Source: Auanema rhodensis
Taxonomy: Eukaryota > Animalia > Nematoda
Direction: 5' to 3'
Assembly (NCBI GenBank): GCA_964057225.1
Contig: OZ059896.1
Location: 11,160,001-11,224,000 of the forward strand
Length of the DNA: 64,000 nt
The position numbers and the translations under genes were made by a program. The number at the start of each line of letters is the position of its first letter. Within the stretch, counting starts at the first letter, position 1. Below the pieces are notes generated by a model. The model worked only from the letters and a program-made list of their open reading frames with translations. It was not told where the DNA came from and searched no databases. Of the stretch, positions 13,226 through 26,144 are shown piece by piece.

Positions 13226-16200
13226 ATGAAATTACTTCTGAACTGGAGTTTAATATCAATTCATTTCTTCATTTTCATAACAATTGAAAGTTTTTCAATA
13301 TCAGAAAAATCTCAGTTGAAAATACAAAATGGAAAGCTAATAGAGAATGATATAAACTATAATACGGATGACTTGGCATGTCCGACTATAGGAACTGCCG
13401 CATTCATATTAGTTACAATTACTGAGCAATTTGAAGCAACATCATTTTATGATCTACTTCTTTTTTACTCAAAGGTATTTGATTTTTAAACTGTTTTAAG
13501 CTTTAAAACTTATAAATTAACTATATTTTCAATTTTTACTTACAGTTGATGCCTAACAATGAAACTGTTTCATATACATTCTATTTCGGAACAGCTGTTT
13601 CGATTACTATTGAAACAAAAAATTTGGAAGAAGAAGTTGATGATTGGAAAACAGACACTGACTATTTTCTCAAAGTATTTTTGGCTTCAAGAATAAATTG
13701 CGAAGAGAATGTTGATAACTGTACAAATTTTTCAACTATAATGGACAACATATTTCATCTGGTAAGCATATTTGAATTAAAATATTCTCATTGTATTTCT
13801 TTAGATTGATACTCAAAATCAGCAACCTCATACTGCAATTAAGAAAAAGCAAGTAGTAATTCTCTCAAACTATACTCCTTTAACAGCAATTAATAAAATG
13901 AATACAAATAACAGTGTAAGTTAATTTTTACTAAGTTTATATATATTTTCTATTTTATAAATTATAATTTCAATATTTTACTATAGACAGATACTCAGTT
14001 ACTTGGTCTCGATTATAAGCTTGACATTTCTAATTTCCAAAAAAAAGCCAATTTTCCCGTATATAGTGCATTGGGTGATGGAACTAAAACAAGAGAACTG
14101 CGGCCTATATTCCAACAAAGTTTGCAATTTGGTAATAATTCAGAATTGATTCGTAACAAAATTATATTTTTTTACTTTTTAGAATTCCCATCAGTACGAG
14201 AAGATAAACCTCCATCTTTAAATTATATTTTTATGTCTTCGTTAGATAAATCGGAAGTACTGATTGAAGTTGTATCATCTCATGTATTCGGATCCATGTG
14301 CAGCATGACAGACACCAAAATGTATCGTTCATTTATTGAACTAACATTTCCATATAACGATACACTTCACAGTAAGCTTATGAAAATTACTAATATTTAA
14401 CCAAAGTTTAAGCGATGAAGCTTCCGTGGGTCGGTAATGAAACTCCGAAATTCCTTAGTAACTGTATCAGGAGGCTCCCTTACCAGAGTAACATTTGCTT
14501 TTTCTGCAGATATGGGTATTGATGCAAAATTGTATGTTTGCAGATTCCAATAACTCATCCTGTTCAGCAACTGCAGACCAATTCTATCAATCATTTGCAA
14601 CACAAGCCATTTTACCACGTGATGGAGCTATTAGTTTTGTTTCACTAATAGCTAATGAACCTGACTGTGCTGCTAATCACTTAGTAAAGATCGGCAACAA
14701 AGTTCCTAACACGGTAAATATGTGCAATTGCTTTCAAAAATTTTCTTATCGAATTAAACAGCTTTATACAATTGATTCCAATATCAGTAAAGCTGCTATT
14801 CATCGTTTTTCTTTCTAAAAAGCCCATCATGATCACGTACTTTATGCTTATTAATACAACATTTCTTTTATCAATGATAGCTCTTTTTGAACTTTTTGAT
14901 CTACAAATACTACTAACTAACTAGTTTCGATAGCCTAAGTCACTTTTAACCAATATTCCAGACATATACTCGGATAATTATTGCTGAAACTTTGACGAAG
15001 GGTTATGATAATATCATAAAACCGTTGTTAAGGGATGGATTTATGTCAAGTAAAACAGATAACCAAATAATTAGTCAAGATGCTTTTTATTTGACTAATT
15101 ATACAACAACTTGTGTGGCTCAAATGCCTTTTGGTTAGTTCTCCACACGATTCGAAGTGGTGATATCAAGATTTTACAGTTCCTCTTGTGCCGTCATCGC
15201 CGTACCATCGTCCTAAATATCTCAGATTCGCATTAGATGATATGCTTTGGATCACAATCTGTTCTACCATAAGTGTTACAACGTTTGGGGTAATATTATA
15301 TTTACATGTGAAACGATCACAGAAAAAGCAAATGGCTTTGTTAACCGAAATAATGATGAGCCCAAGATTATATAAGTATTTAGCTATATGAATTTCACAA
15401 AAACACATTTGGTCAATTTAGAATGGCTATTGATGATACAAAAACTGTTCGTTTACCTTGGGAAATAAAAGCTGATCGTATTTATATCGACAAAGAATTT
15501 ATGCTTGGAGAAGGAACAGTTTCAAATGTTTATTTAGGTAATTATATAAATCTTAATTAGATCAAAATTCAAATTTTAGGAAAGTTAAAAGGTAAAGCGC
15601 CAATCATGCAATGGCTAGATAATAGAATAGAACTTAGACAGTATCAAGATTGTGCTGTGGCGATTAGAGTACGATTTCTAAGAGTTGAAGACAAAAAATA
15701 AATTATTTTCCTCTACAGGTTCCATTCCATTTTGATGAACCTGAAGAAGATCAACTTTACCGAGAAATTAACTCAATGAAACGTTTGAGAAATCATGACC
15801 ATATAGCATTGCTATTAGGTATAATTTTAATCGATTATTAAAACTTTTAAATTATGTTCAGGTTGGACAAACAAAAATGGTCTAATATGTTCTGTTCTGG
15901 AACTCACTCATATGAATTTGATAAAATATCTGGGACAAATTTTGGAAACGTGAACACTTAATTATTTTAAAACTAATATCAAGAAGTTTCAGTATGGGAC
16001 CCAATTCAGACGAGAAATACATGCCATATCAAGTTATTTATAAAATTTTAATTGAAATTGCTGATGGAATGGTATAAGAACTGAAATGTTTTTTTCTAGA
16101 AAGCAATACATATTTACAGGCTTACATACAGTCGAGAAACTTAGTTCACAGAGACTTAACAGCAAGAAATATTCTGTTAACTACTGGTTTAAGAGCTAAG

Positions 16201-16737
16201 GTTACAAAATGCAAGTATTTCTTTGATGCATATACTTTCAGATTTCTGGGTTTGGTTTCTGCTCAGAACCCGATGATCCGAAGTTCGCTCAAACTGCAAT
16301 TGCATTCCGATTTCTTCCTGTACGCTGGATGGCCCCGGAATGCTTCAAAGGACAATTCGTCTTGAAAAGCGATGTGTACGTGATTATTTGATTATTTCTC
16401 ACTATAACACATAAATTAACAGGTGGTCGTTTGCTGTTCTTCTTTATGAAATATTCAGCGTTGGTAATGTTCCATACGCAGATATCAAAAATCCAGAAGA
16501 AATAATGAGAGCTGTAACAACTGGAATAGTACCAATGTGCCCAAAGTTTGCAAATAGGCGAATGTAAGCATAATACTAGAAAAGAAAAAGAAAATAACTT
16601 TCAGATATAAAATTATGCAAAGTTGCTTCCGTATGTTTTCTGATCGAAGACCTACTTTCAACCAATTAAAGGAACTTATAGCAGTAGAAGCGGAAAGTTT
16701 TTATGAAAATCAAGCTTTTGAACCTGACATGCATTAA
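13226..16737 (+). CDS. Single-pass receptor tyrosine kinase-like protein with a degenerate (pseudo)kinase domain
   Basis: Signal peptide MKLLLNWSLISIHFFIFITIES; TM LWITICSTISVTTFGVILYL; LPWEI, LGEGTVSNVYLG, CAVAIR, HRDLTARNILL, KISGFG, LPVRWMAPE, KSDVWSFAVLLYEIFS, RRPTF. Ectodomain exons at about 14400-15170 are not fully resolved. Confidence 0.88.
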
Positions 16738-17241
16738 TAAATTAATTCTGAACTGCTGATCTCATCTGGTGTCATTGTACTTGTTTGTGTATATTGTCAA
16801 CTGCTAATGAAACAATGTTACCAAAAACTAATAAATGTTTTAACTCGAATTACATTTTAAAATTTCAAACTATGTAGAAAAAAACTAAAATACAATAAAA
16901 TAATTTTGCGAATCAATTTTTTGATCCATAAAAATATACTAACAACACAATTCTCCCAAATGACCTCCTAGAATTAAATTTGTTCTTTGAACGATGGGTC
17001 AGATTATAGGACACAGTCAACAATTGGTCTCGCGACGAATAAAAATAATTCTTCTCTGAGTTGGCGAAGGATGTTTAGATTTCGGAATCAATCAATTAGA
17101 TTTTCCATATTTGTATAATTCCTTCTTTAAAAATAATGTTTTTAATTCGTCAAAGCCTTATAACAAGTTGTAGTTATGATATATCTCAGAGTCGCCCCGA
17201 TTTATTTTTTTATCTTTGAATATTTTAAGTTTAATTGCAGC

Positions 17242-20200
17242 ATGCCTCTCCGGCTAGATGTAAAACGAAAGCTTCTCGCACGATCTGATCGGGTTAAGTG
17301 TGTAGATATTCATCCAACTGAGCCGTGGCTTTTAGCTGCTTTGTATAATGGAAATGCTCATATTTGGAATTATGAGACTCAAACTTTAGTGAAAACACTT
17401 GAGGTATAAGTGACTTAAAAACGTAATTCACACAATTTTCCAGGTTTGCGATCTGCCCGTAAGAGCCGCCAAGTTTATCGCCCGCAAAAGTTGGATTGTT
17501 ACTGGATCAGATGATATGTATATAAGGGTGTTTAATTACAATACCCTGGAAAAGGTTCACCAATTCGAAGGACATTCTGATTACTTGAGGTTACATAAAA
17601 CAGTTGTAGATTCATTACTTTTCGGATTTTTAGATCTATCGTTGTTCATCCTACACAATCTTTTATTATTACCACGAGTGATGATATGATGATCAAATTG
17701 TGGGATTGGGAAAATAAATGGCAAATGAAACAATGTTTTGAAGGTAACTTTAAATTTTCAAACAAATTTAATTTTTTACCGTCTCAGGACACACCCACTA
17801 TGTTATGCAAGTTGCTATTAACCCTAAAGATAATAACACATTTGCTACAGCATCACTCGATAAAACTGTCAAGGTATATAATATATGTTCATCGTAATAT
17901 TTTTAATTAATACAATTTTTTCTTAGGTTTGGCAGTTTGGAAGTCAACAGCCTAACTTCACTTTGGAGGGGCATGAAAAAGGGGTTAGCTATTTTGAGCT
18001 AAGCATTTTATGTACTTCATACTGTTTAAGGTCAACTGTGTTGATTACTATCATGGTGGAGATAAGCCTTACTTGATTTCTGGAGCTGATGATCATCTTG
18101 TGAAAATTTGGGATTATCAAGTTAGTTTTTTCTTTTTTATTTGTGTACAAAATGCCTATTAGAATAAAACATGTGTTCAAACCTTGGATGGGCATGCCCA
18201 AAATGTATCTTCTGTTTGTTTCCATCCAGAACTTCCTCTAATCATCACTGGTGCAGTTTACATTTTTTATTTTTATTGAAGTTTTGGTAATTAGGTAGCG
18301 AAGATTCCACTGTACGATTGTGGCATGTTAGTACCTATCGACTAGAAACAACTCTTAATTATGGTCTCGAAAGGGTTTGGTGTATTCAAGCCCAGAGAGG
18401 CTCAAACACTATTGCTATTGGTTATGATGAAGGATCTGTAACTTTGAAACTGGGAAGAGAGGAACCAGCTGTACGTGTTTATTATTAACTAAGTTTACTG
18501 AATTTTACTTTAGGTGAGCATGGATTCATCCGGAAAGATATTATGGGCTAAGCATTCCGAAATTCAGCAAGCTAATCTTAAGACTTTAGATGCCGACGCA
18601 ACTGAAGCTATCCAAGGCATTTCAACATTTTTTTATTTTTATTAATATTGCACTTTTAGATGGTGAACGTTTACCATTATCCGTTAAGGATCTTGGAGCC
18701 TGCGAAATCTATCCACAAACTTTATCGCACTCTTCCAACGGAAGATTTGTTGTAGCCTGTGGTGATGGTGAATATATTGTCTACACGGCTATGGCTTTGA
18801 GAAACAAAGATTTCGGACAAGTATATCGAAATAGTGTTATAATAGTAATCAATGTTTTTGTTAGGCTTTGGAATTTGTTTGGGCATCTGATCCTAATGTC
18901 TTCGCCGTTAGAGAATCAGCCACAACAATCAAGATCAAGAAAAACTTCAAGGTACCAATTCAAGGAGCTGAACTTTTAAATCTACTTTTACTTTACAGGA
19001 ATACAAACAAATTAGATCTGAGTCTGTTGTGGAAGGTATTGATGGTGGGCCATTACTTTCCCTCCGCTCCCAGAATGCTCTCTGTTTCTATGACTGGGAA
19101 GATGCTCAATTGGTCCGAAGAATCGAAATTTCTGCTAAGCACGTCTACTGGAGCGACAGTAACGAATTAGTACGAAACTTTTAATAGAGCAGCATTTTAT
19201 CCAAATGTTATAGGTAGCTATTTGTGGTGAAGAATCATTCTTCATTTTGAAGTATAATGGTGATGCATTCACTGCAGCTTCCCCTGAAGAAATCACTGAG
19301 GATGGTGTAGAAGATGCATTCGAAGTTATTGGTAAATTATAGTTCAAATAATTCAATTTATCATAACCTTTAAGGTGAGCAAAGCGAAGTCGTAAAAACA
19401 GCTTTCTGGATTGGAGACTGCTTTGTTTTCACCACATCCTTGAATAGATTAAATTATTATGTGGGTGGAGAAATTGTTACCATTGCTCATATGGATCGTT
19501 CACTTTATTTGGTAAAGTTTTTTCTCTTTTCATCTATTTATAATTATTTTATAGTTGGGTTATATGGCTAAGGAGTCTAGAATTTATGCTGTTGATAAAG
19601 ATCTCAATGTTGTTTCATATAAGCTGCTGTTATCTGTTTTGGAGTATCAAACAGCTGTAATGAGAAGAGATTTTGATTCTGCCGATAAGGTGTGATTACT
19701 TTCAATTTCTCATTTATCATTAAAATTCAGATTCTGAGCACTATCCCTAAAGAACAACGCACAAGAGTAGCCCATTTCTTAGAAAAACAAGGTTTCAAGA
19801 GACAAGCTCTAAGTGTTTCACAGGATCCCGATCATAAGTAAATAAGAAATAGTTTATTATACATTATTTTAATTGTTTAGATTTGATTTGGCTTTGAGTT
19901 TGGGTGATCTCAAAACAGCTTATGACCTTGCCATTCAAAGCGATAGTGAAGATAAATGGAAACTGTTAGCTCAGGCTGCCACTTTGAAATCTGAGCTAAT
20001 GCTTGCTGGAGAATGTTTAGGCAGAGCTCGTGACTTAGGTGGATTACTTCTTCTAGCTACATGTGCCGGATCAGCTCCGCTATTAACTAAAGTAGGGATC
20101 GTGAGAGATATAAACTTTATACCCCGTTTTCAGCTTGGTTCTGATTCTGGAGTCATTGGAAATCATAATGTTCATTTTTTGAGTAATTTACTTTTGGGAG

Positions 20201-21272
20201 ATGTGGATACCTGTTTAGAGATTCTTATCAAGTATAATTATTACTTTTAACGAAAATAAATATATTATTTTTCCAGCTCTGACCGCCTTCCTGAGGCTGC
20301 GTTCTTTGCCAGAACTCACTGTCCATCGCAGGTACCACGAGTTGTTGCCTTGTGGAAAGAGAAAGCTTCTTTGAATTCAGGAAATACATCAAGGGTACCC
20401 TAACCATATATTTATATAAGTGCATTTTTTTATTGCAGAAACTCGGTGAATCTCTTGCTGATCCCCAGAGATATGAAAATTTGTTCCCTGGTTATGCAGA
20501 GTCTCTTAAAACTGAATCCTACTTGAGAGAGCTTGCTCATCTTCCAGTTCCAGCTTCTGTTCGTGCACCTTCAAATGTTACTCGAAATGTTAATCAAGAA
20601 GTGGAAGAAGCTATTGCTGGCGGTATATATGAAAATTGTTCTTATTATTGACTTGACCATTTTAGGAGCTTTAACTTTTGCTGAAGATGGAAGGGCCTTA
20701 CTTAAGGGAGTCTCGAACTCCAAAGCACCTATCAAAGCTCCTTCTGTTGTAGCTCCAACTCCTGTGATAGCTCCAACTCCTGTAGTGGCTGAACAAGTAC
20801 CTGAAAAAAAAGAATATGTACCAGAAATTTTGAAATCACCTTCTCCTCTGCCAAAGGCTCAAACACCTGTTAGAACACCTTCACCTGAATTAGCTGAAAA
20901 GTCTGAGCAATCCGAGCAAGAGGTTGTTTTACTTTTTTTACCTCTCTCATTTTCGTTTTCGTTTACAGAGTGACGATGAACCACATTTAAGTGATGCTGA
21001 GCCAAACTTGAGTGATGTTGAACCGGATATTGTATCTGAACGAGCTCGTCCAGATATAGTTCCTACAGCAGATACCGCTCCTGATATAGTATCTAGTCAA
21101 ATGCGGGATCCTCAACCTGAAGTAGTTTTTTCTTTTTTTTTTGGTATCAGTAATCCTTTTATTTTAGCTGGTGTTTGATAGTACTGATGCTCGGTGGTCC
21201 GATGATGATTTTGGTGATGCTACTGATGGAAACGATATTAATCTAGATGACTTGGATCTTGACAGTTCGTAA
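17242..21272 (+). CDS. copb-2: Coatomer subunit beta' (COPI, WD40)
   Basis: [29 protein letters not shown]; [20 protein letters not shown]; [23 protein letters not shown]; [15 protein letters not shown]; [12 protein letters not shown]; acidic tail; TAA at 21270-21272. Confidence 0.97.
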
Positions 21273-23361
21273 ATAACATTTTTGCACTGTTCTGTTACAT
21301 TGGCGCAAAAAGGGGTAATGTGATAAATAATTGTAATGTTATATAAAAGGGGTAATGTTTTACATAAATGTTATAAAGAAAATACGTAATTTTAACTATA
21401 ATTTAACGTCCATTTCTTATATTTTGTTAAATAAATTAATTTCAATAACTGTTTTACACACTTCGATATGAAAAAAATGCGAGCAGTAGTTTACTAAGTA
21501 CTGGCTCTGTATGTTTTCCAATATATATTTATATTCTGGCATTGGTCCCTTCCGAAAACCAATCAGCAAAGATTATGACTAGGATTTTTTTTGAAAGAAT
21601 AATGATAAATCAAAAATAACTTATTTTCCTGCTCCCTCTAAACACTGAAAATTGATTTAAAGAGAATTGGAGATATTTATGGCTGAACTACTACAAATAT
21701 AGATAAAACGTGTCAGATGTGATCTCGGAGCACGATAAGTATATTATCAAACAAGAATACATGAGCCATTTTGCAACATTTTATGGTAATACATAAAAAA
21801 TATTTCTTAGCTTTTTCCAATCTATCCTACAGTGTCGAATCAAAAAAACCAATGAACAAGAATGAGTAATGCTATCTTTAAAGCCATAAGCAGACAGTAA
21901 AGCTGGTTTTTAACAGCGCTTAAATCCTTAAAGTGACATCACTATCGAAGATAACCCGATTTTACTTCAGCGATTGAAGCTCAATTGTAAAAACTAGGTA
22001 AAATTTATATCCAATTTCGCGTTTAAAAATCTATCCTATTTGCAAAAAGTCCCTCTGTAAAATCATCACTTATCAATCTTGCTTGATCAGAAACAATTAG
22101 GAAAACATTATTCTCTACCAAAGAATAAAAAAAAATACAAAAATCAAAGATTTGTGCAAGTAATACATTTGTTTAAATAAAGTTCTCTGGTTATCTAGTA
22201 CTCGTGTTCAGGATGTTGAGGATTATAGCTGTTGTTATCTTGTAAATATGGTTTTCTCTTTTCCACAAACACATGATAAAACTGAGAATGGTTTCCTTTA
22301 TTTTTAAAACAGCGCTCCTTCAGCTGAAAAAAGACTTAAACTTGTTTTTCTTATTTTGAAAAGTAATTATTAAAGAATACAGTATTTATTTCTTTGCCAG
22401 TTTAAGATTTCGTGCAAATTGATTCATTTTCAAAAATTATTGTGTTCAACAGCTTTACATCGATATTCGCTGAGTAAGGTTCAATCAGACCTGCATCCAA
22501 AGTCATCCGAAATCTGTTCTGAATACCAAAACAAACCGGTTGTGTGTCACAGTCGTTTGGTTTTGGTTACTAGAATAAAATCAAAATAAAAGAATTTAAG
22601 TTGATTATTATCTTCTTTAGTTAAATTCTAATGTGAGTTTAATATACCTTGGTTTATTATTGTAGATTATGTCCTTTTTCTTTTTGGAATTTTATAATAG
22701 GTGTGTTAGCTAAAAGAATGCACTATAGCACCTTGGACCACTACATTTCAAAAGTACATTAATTTATTCCAACCATATAATAAAAAATTACTATAATTCT
22801 GCAATTCGTATTATTACCGTAATCGAAAATAAGAGAACAGGTAACATGGAAACAATTTACACTGCGTGTCTATATCAATGAATTATCATCAGGAAGGAAC
22901 AATTGCGAAATTAAAACACATTAAAGAAAAGGCCATGATCTAGAAAATCATAGTTTTCAAATTTTATTTTTGTTCTATGCGTTGATTTTTGATCATATTG
23001 TATATACATATAATAAAAAATTGAGAAACATCCTTTATATAAATAAATACATATATATTTGAGAATAACAATCTTTTAAATTTACAAGTAATTATATTCG
23101 CCGTACACTCAAGCTGAGGTTTACACGTAGTTCATTCACAAACCAGAATTCAACAGAATATCTTTAAGAGAAAAAAATAAAAGTCGAGGTATATGAGATC
23201 AATAACAAAAGTTACTAATGGAAAATATGATGTCAAAACTGATAAAGAAACTAATGGAGACTAATATATATATATATGAAACCCATGTATTGTTATTGTT
23301 TACAGAGCTCAATAAAAAACATTGCACATAGAGTAGGGATAACAGGTTATAAGATAGAAAG

Positions 23362-26144
23362 TTAACAACAGCGTTTCAGAGCTCTTTTGAACTTACAACT
23401 TAGATAAGTATTATTAGTTTTTCTTTGTGTTTTACAGCAATTATTATTATATGTACGTGATTCATAATCTGAATTGATCATTCTTGCGACTTCTAGGGCT
23501 CCACCAACAAGATATCGCACAAAATGATCTCCTGCTAAAGATCCAATAGCAAACATACTGTCATCTTGTTCACAGTTATACCCATCGAATGTCACTTTTT
23601 CTTGTAGAAACGAATCGATGTCACTTATTCTTCCTATGCATATTGCCATCAAACATAGCGGTTCCTGTAAACTTGTTGAATATAGTTGCTTGTTTCACTA
23701 TATAAGTACAAATGATCGGTTTTGTAATTAAAGAAAATTGAATGAAAAACAAGGTGGTTAACAACGTGCAAAATGCATGTTCAAAAAACTATTAAACGAA
23801 CTGACCACGAGAATTCCAGTAGGAGTGCTTATAGTGACTGAACTTTCGTCAATCACTGTGACAGAAGAAGCACATTTCCGCTCATATAATGGATGATGAT
23901 CTTTCCCCGTCATCAAACGATGGACTTGATGATATTCAGCATAGTGAGAGGGTGATAAGCGAGCCATCATTACATCTAAAAACGTTCAAAATATTTATGG
24001 GAAACACCAAATAATATTACGTCTTAGTTGACGTTCATTTCTTCGCATAACATGAAGCACCGAAATATCTTTTTTAAGGCAATATCGTACTATATCTGCT
24101 GACGATATTCCATCACCAACTATAATTACACGTCCACTTCCAACACCACTAAACAATCATAATAAGTAGGCAAAAACAAATCCAATATGAAACCTTGTAT
24201 AATCTTCGCATGAAGCAATATCATGTCTTATTCGTGCTTTCAATGAGGGAACATCATGAACAATTTTCTTATTTTCTCTTTCATTCGGTATCTGAATAAA
24301 AGAGAATGAAAAGCTATTTACATTAAAACGAAACCTCAAGAGTTCGACATATAGTTCGTCCTGTGGCTAACACTACTTTATGCGAAGTAAGAGAAAACGG
24401 TCTTCCATCTTTCGTTCGACCAGTAGTTCTCCACAGATCACCGTCTTTCTGAAAAACAAAGCACTCAATTTATATTGTTTTGATTGATTTCTCAAAACAT
24501 TTTACAATTGCATAAAATGATAATATATTTTAAAATGTAATAATCAACGATTGGGAATTCGTGAAAAAACTTTGGAAAATAATAATTTAGCAGATAGTAT
24601 CGCCTATTCCAAGCACTTATTTTCGGTATTTATGAAAAGAAAATATCAACACGAACCGTTATAGAAGTTACTTTAGTATTTGAACGGATATTCCTATCCA
24701 ATCTCAGTTCTCTGGCGTAGCATTCCATATACGAAGCAATTACCATTGACGGAAGTCGGCAACTTAAAAAAAGAAAAAAACATTTTTCTGTAGCAAGTTT
24801 TCAAACCCCGATATCAGCGGTGTTCCAGCTAAACAGTCAGCGACTGAGTACCCTGGTAGATCGAGCCAAGAGGCAAAAGAAACAGCAAGCATCTGAAAAA
24901 ATAACAATTTAATATCAAGATCATTTAATATGAGCTTAAGCTTAAGATATTACCTGCGGATCATAGTTGTTCCAACTTCCGCCAATTGGTGTTTCTCCAA
25001 GAACAATATGTGGAACCGCTTTAGAAGGATCTCGGTCCCAAAAAAGTGAAGAGTTCAGATTTTTCCCCAAATCAGCTTCAGGTCGAATCAAGCTATCTAA
25101 TAAAACTGATAGTGGGCGACCAGATCCACCTAATTCATCAATGTTTTCACACCATGAGAGATCCTGGAATGAAATTTTTTTTAAAAAACCAATAAAAACA
25201 AGATGAAATAACATTAACCATTGTAAAACAAAATAAATCATACATAATTGAAAACAATGGTCTAATTAATAAATTCATTGAAATGTCTTTCTCACTTTGT
25301 TCCTTGTTAAGTTCTGGTTCATATTTTGGCAAATTGTATTAATATCATAGATAATATTTTGTAATGGCTAAAATGAACAAAAATGTTCATCTTGATGTCA
25401 CCTTGTGTGCTTTAAGCACACTTCGTCGATGAGCATAGAGATAACAAAGAAAACAGAGAACCAGAGATAAAATGGGAAGGATCAAAAGAAGAGAGGATGA
25501 CAATTGCTGGAGTCACTCCAAGGTTCTCCCTACATCTAGAGCTAGCACGAAAAAAAGATAAACGATTAAAGATATTGCAGAATTAGCAAAAAAACAAAGA
25601 GTCTAGAAGAATACTCAAAATAATCATGTTTTTATTAATTTCGCGCGTTAAGTGATCAGTCTAGTTTTGTGTCCGAAAACAAAGTAAATAAAATTTGTAT
25701 GCGAAAGGTTCAATAAAAATAATAACCTGAAAGCTTTCGGCAAAAACCAGATTGAAAATCAAAAAAAAACAGAAAAAGACTCAAGGTGAAAGAAGAAACA
25801 AGTTAATGATAATTTTTAAGGTCAAGATCACAAATGGAATGTAGAGCAAAGAAACGATCAGGTAAAAGTAAGAAAAACCAAAAGAAATTGAACAAAGAAA
25901 TTAAAATTAAAGTTAAAATGTACTAACCTGGTCTAGAAGAGATTCCTCATTCTTACATAACTGTTCATGAATATACATGTTCGGATGAGGACGATCAGCA
26001 TTGTAGTAAGGAGTGATGCCGGATAGGAAAGCTGATAGCGACAATCCAGCAGGGCCATTACCTTTAAATATGGGATAAATCAAATCAGCCAAAAGTGAAA
26101 TTTCTACCTATGATAAGCACGTGCGTATCCGCCGCACGGTCCAT
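23362..26144 (-). CDS. osgn-1: Oxidative stress-induced growth inhibitor (OSGIN1/2) family FAD-dependent oxidoreductase
   Basis: [27 protein letters not shown] (GxGxxG FAD motif); [18 protein letters not shown]; [14 protein letters not shown]; [16 protein letters not shown]; [24 protein letters not shown]. Confidence 0.9.

Noticed and set aside
21967-22069. Possible C/D box snoRNA on the minus strand (GTGATGA...CTGA)
   Set aside because: No terminal stem and no recognisable rRNA-complementary guide.
22841-22854. X-box (RFX/DAF-19)-like GGTAACATGGAAAC
   Set aside because: One half-site deviates from consensus and no supported gene start is nearby.
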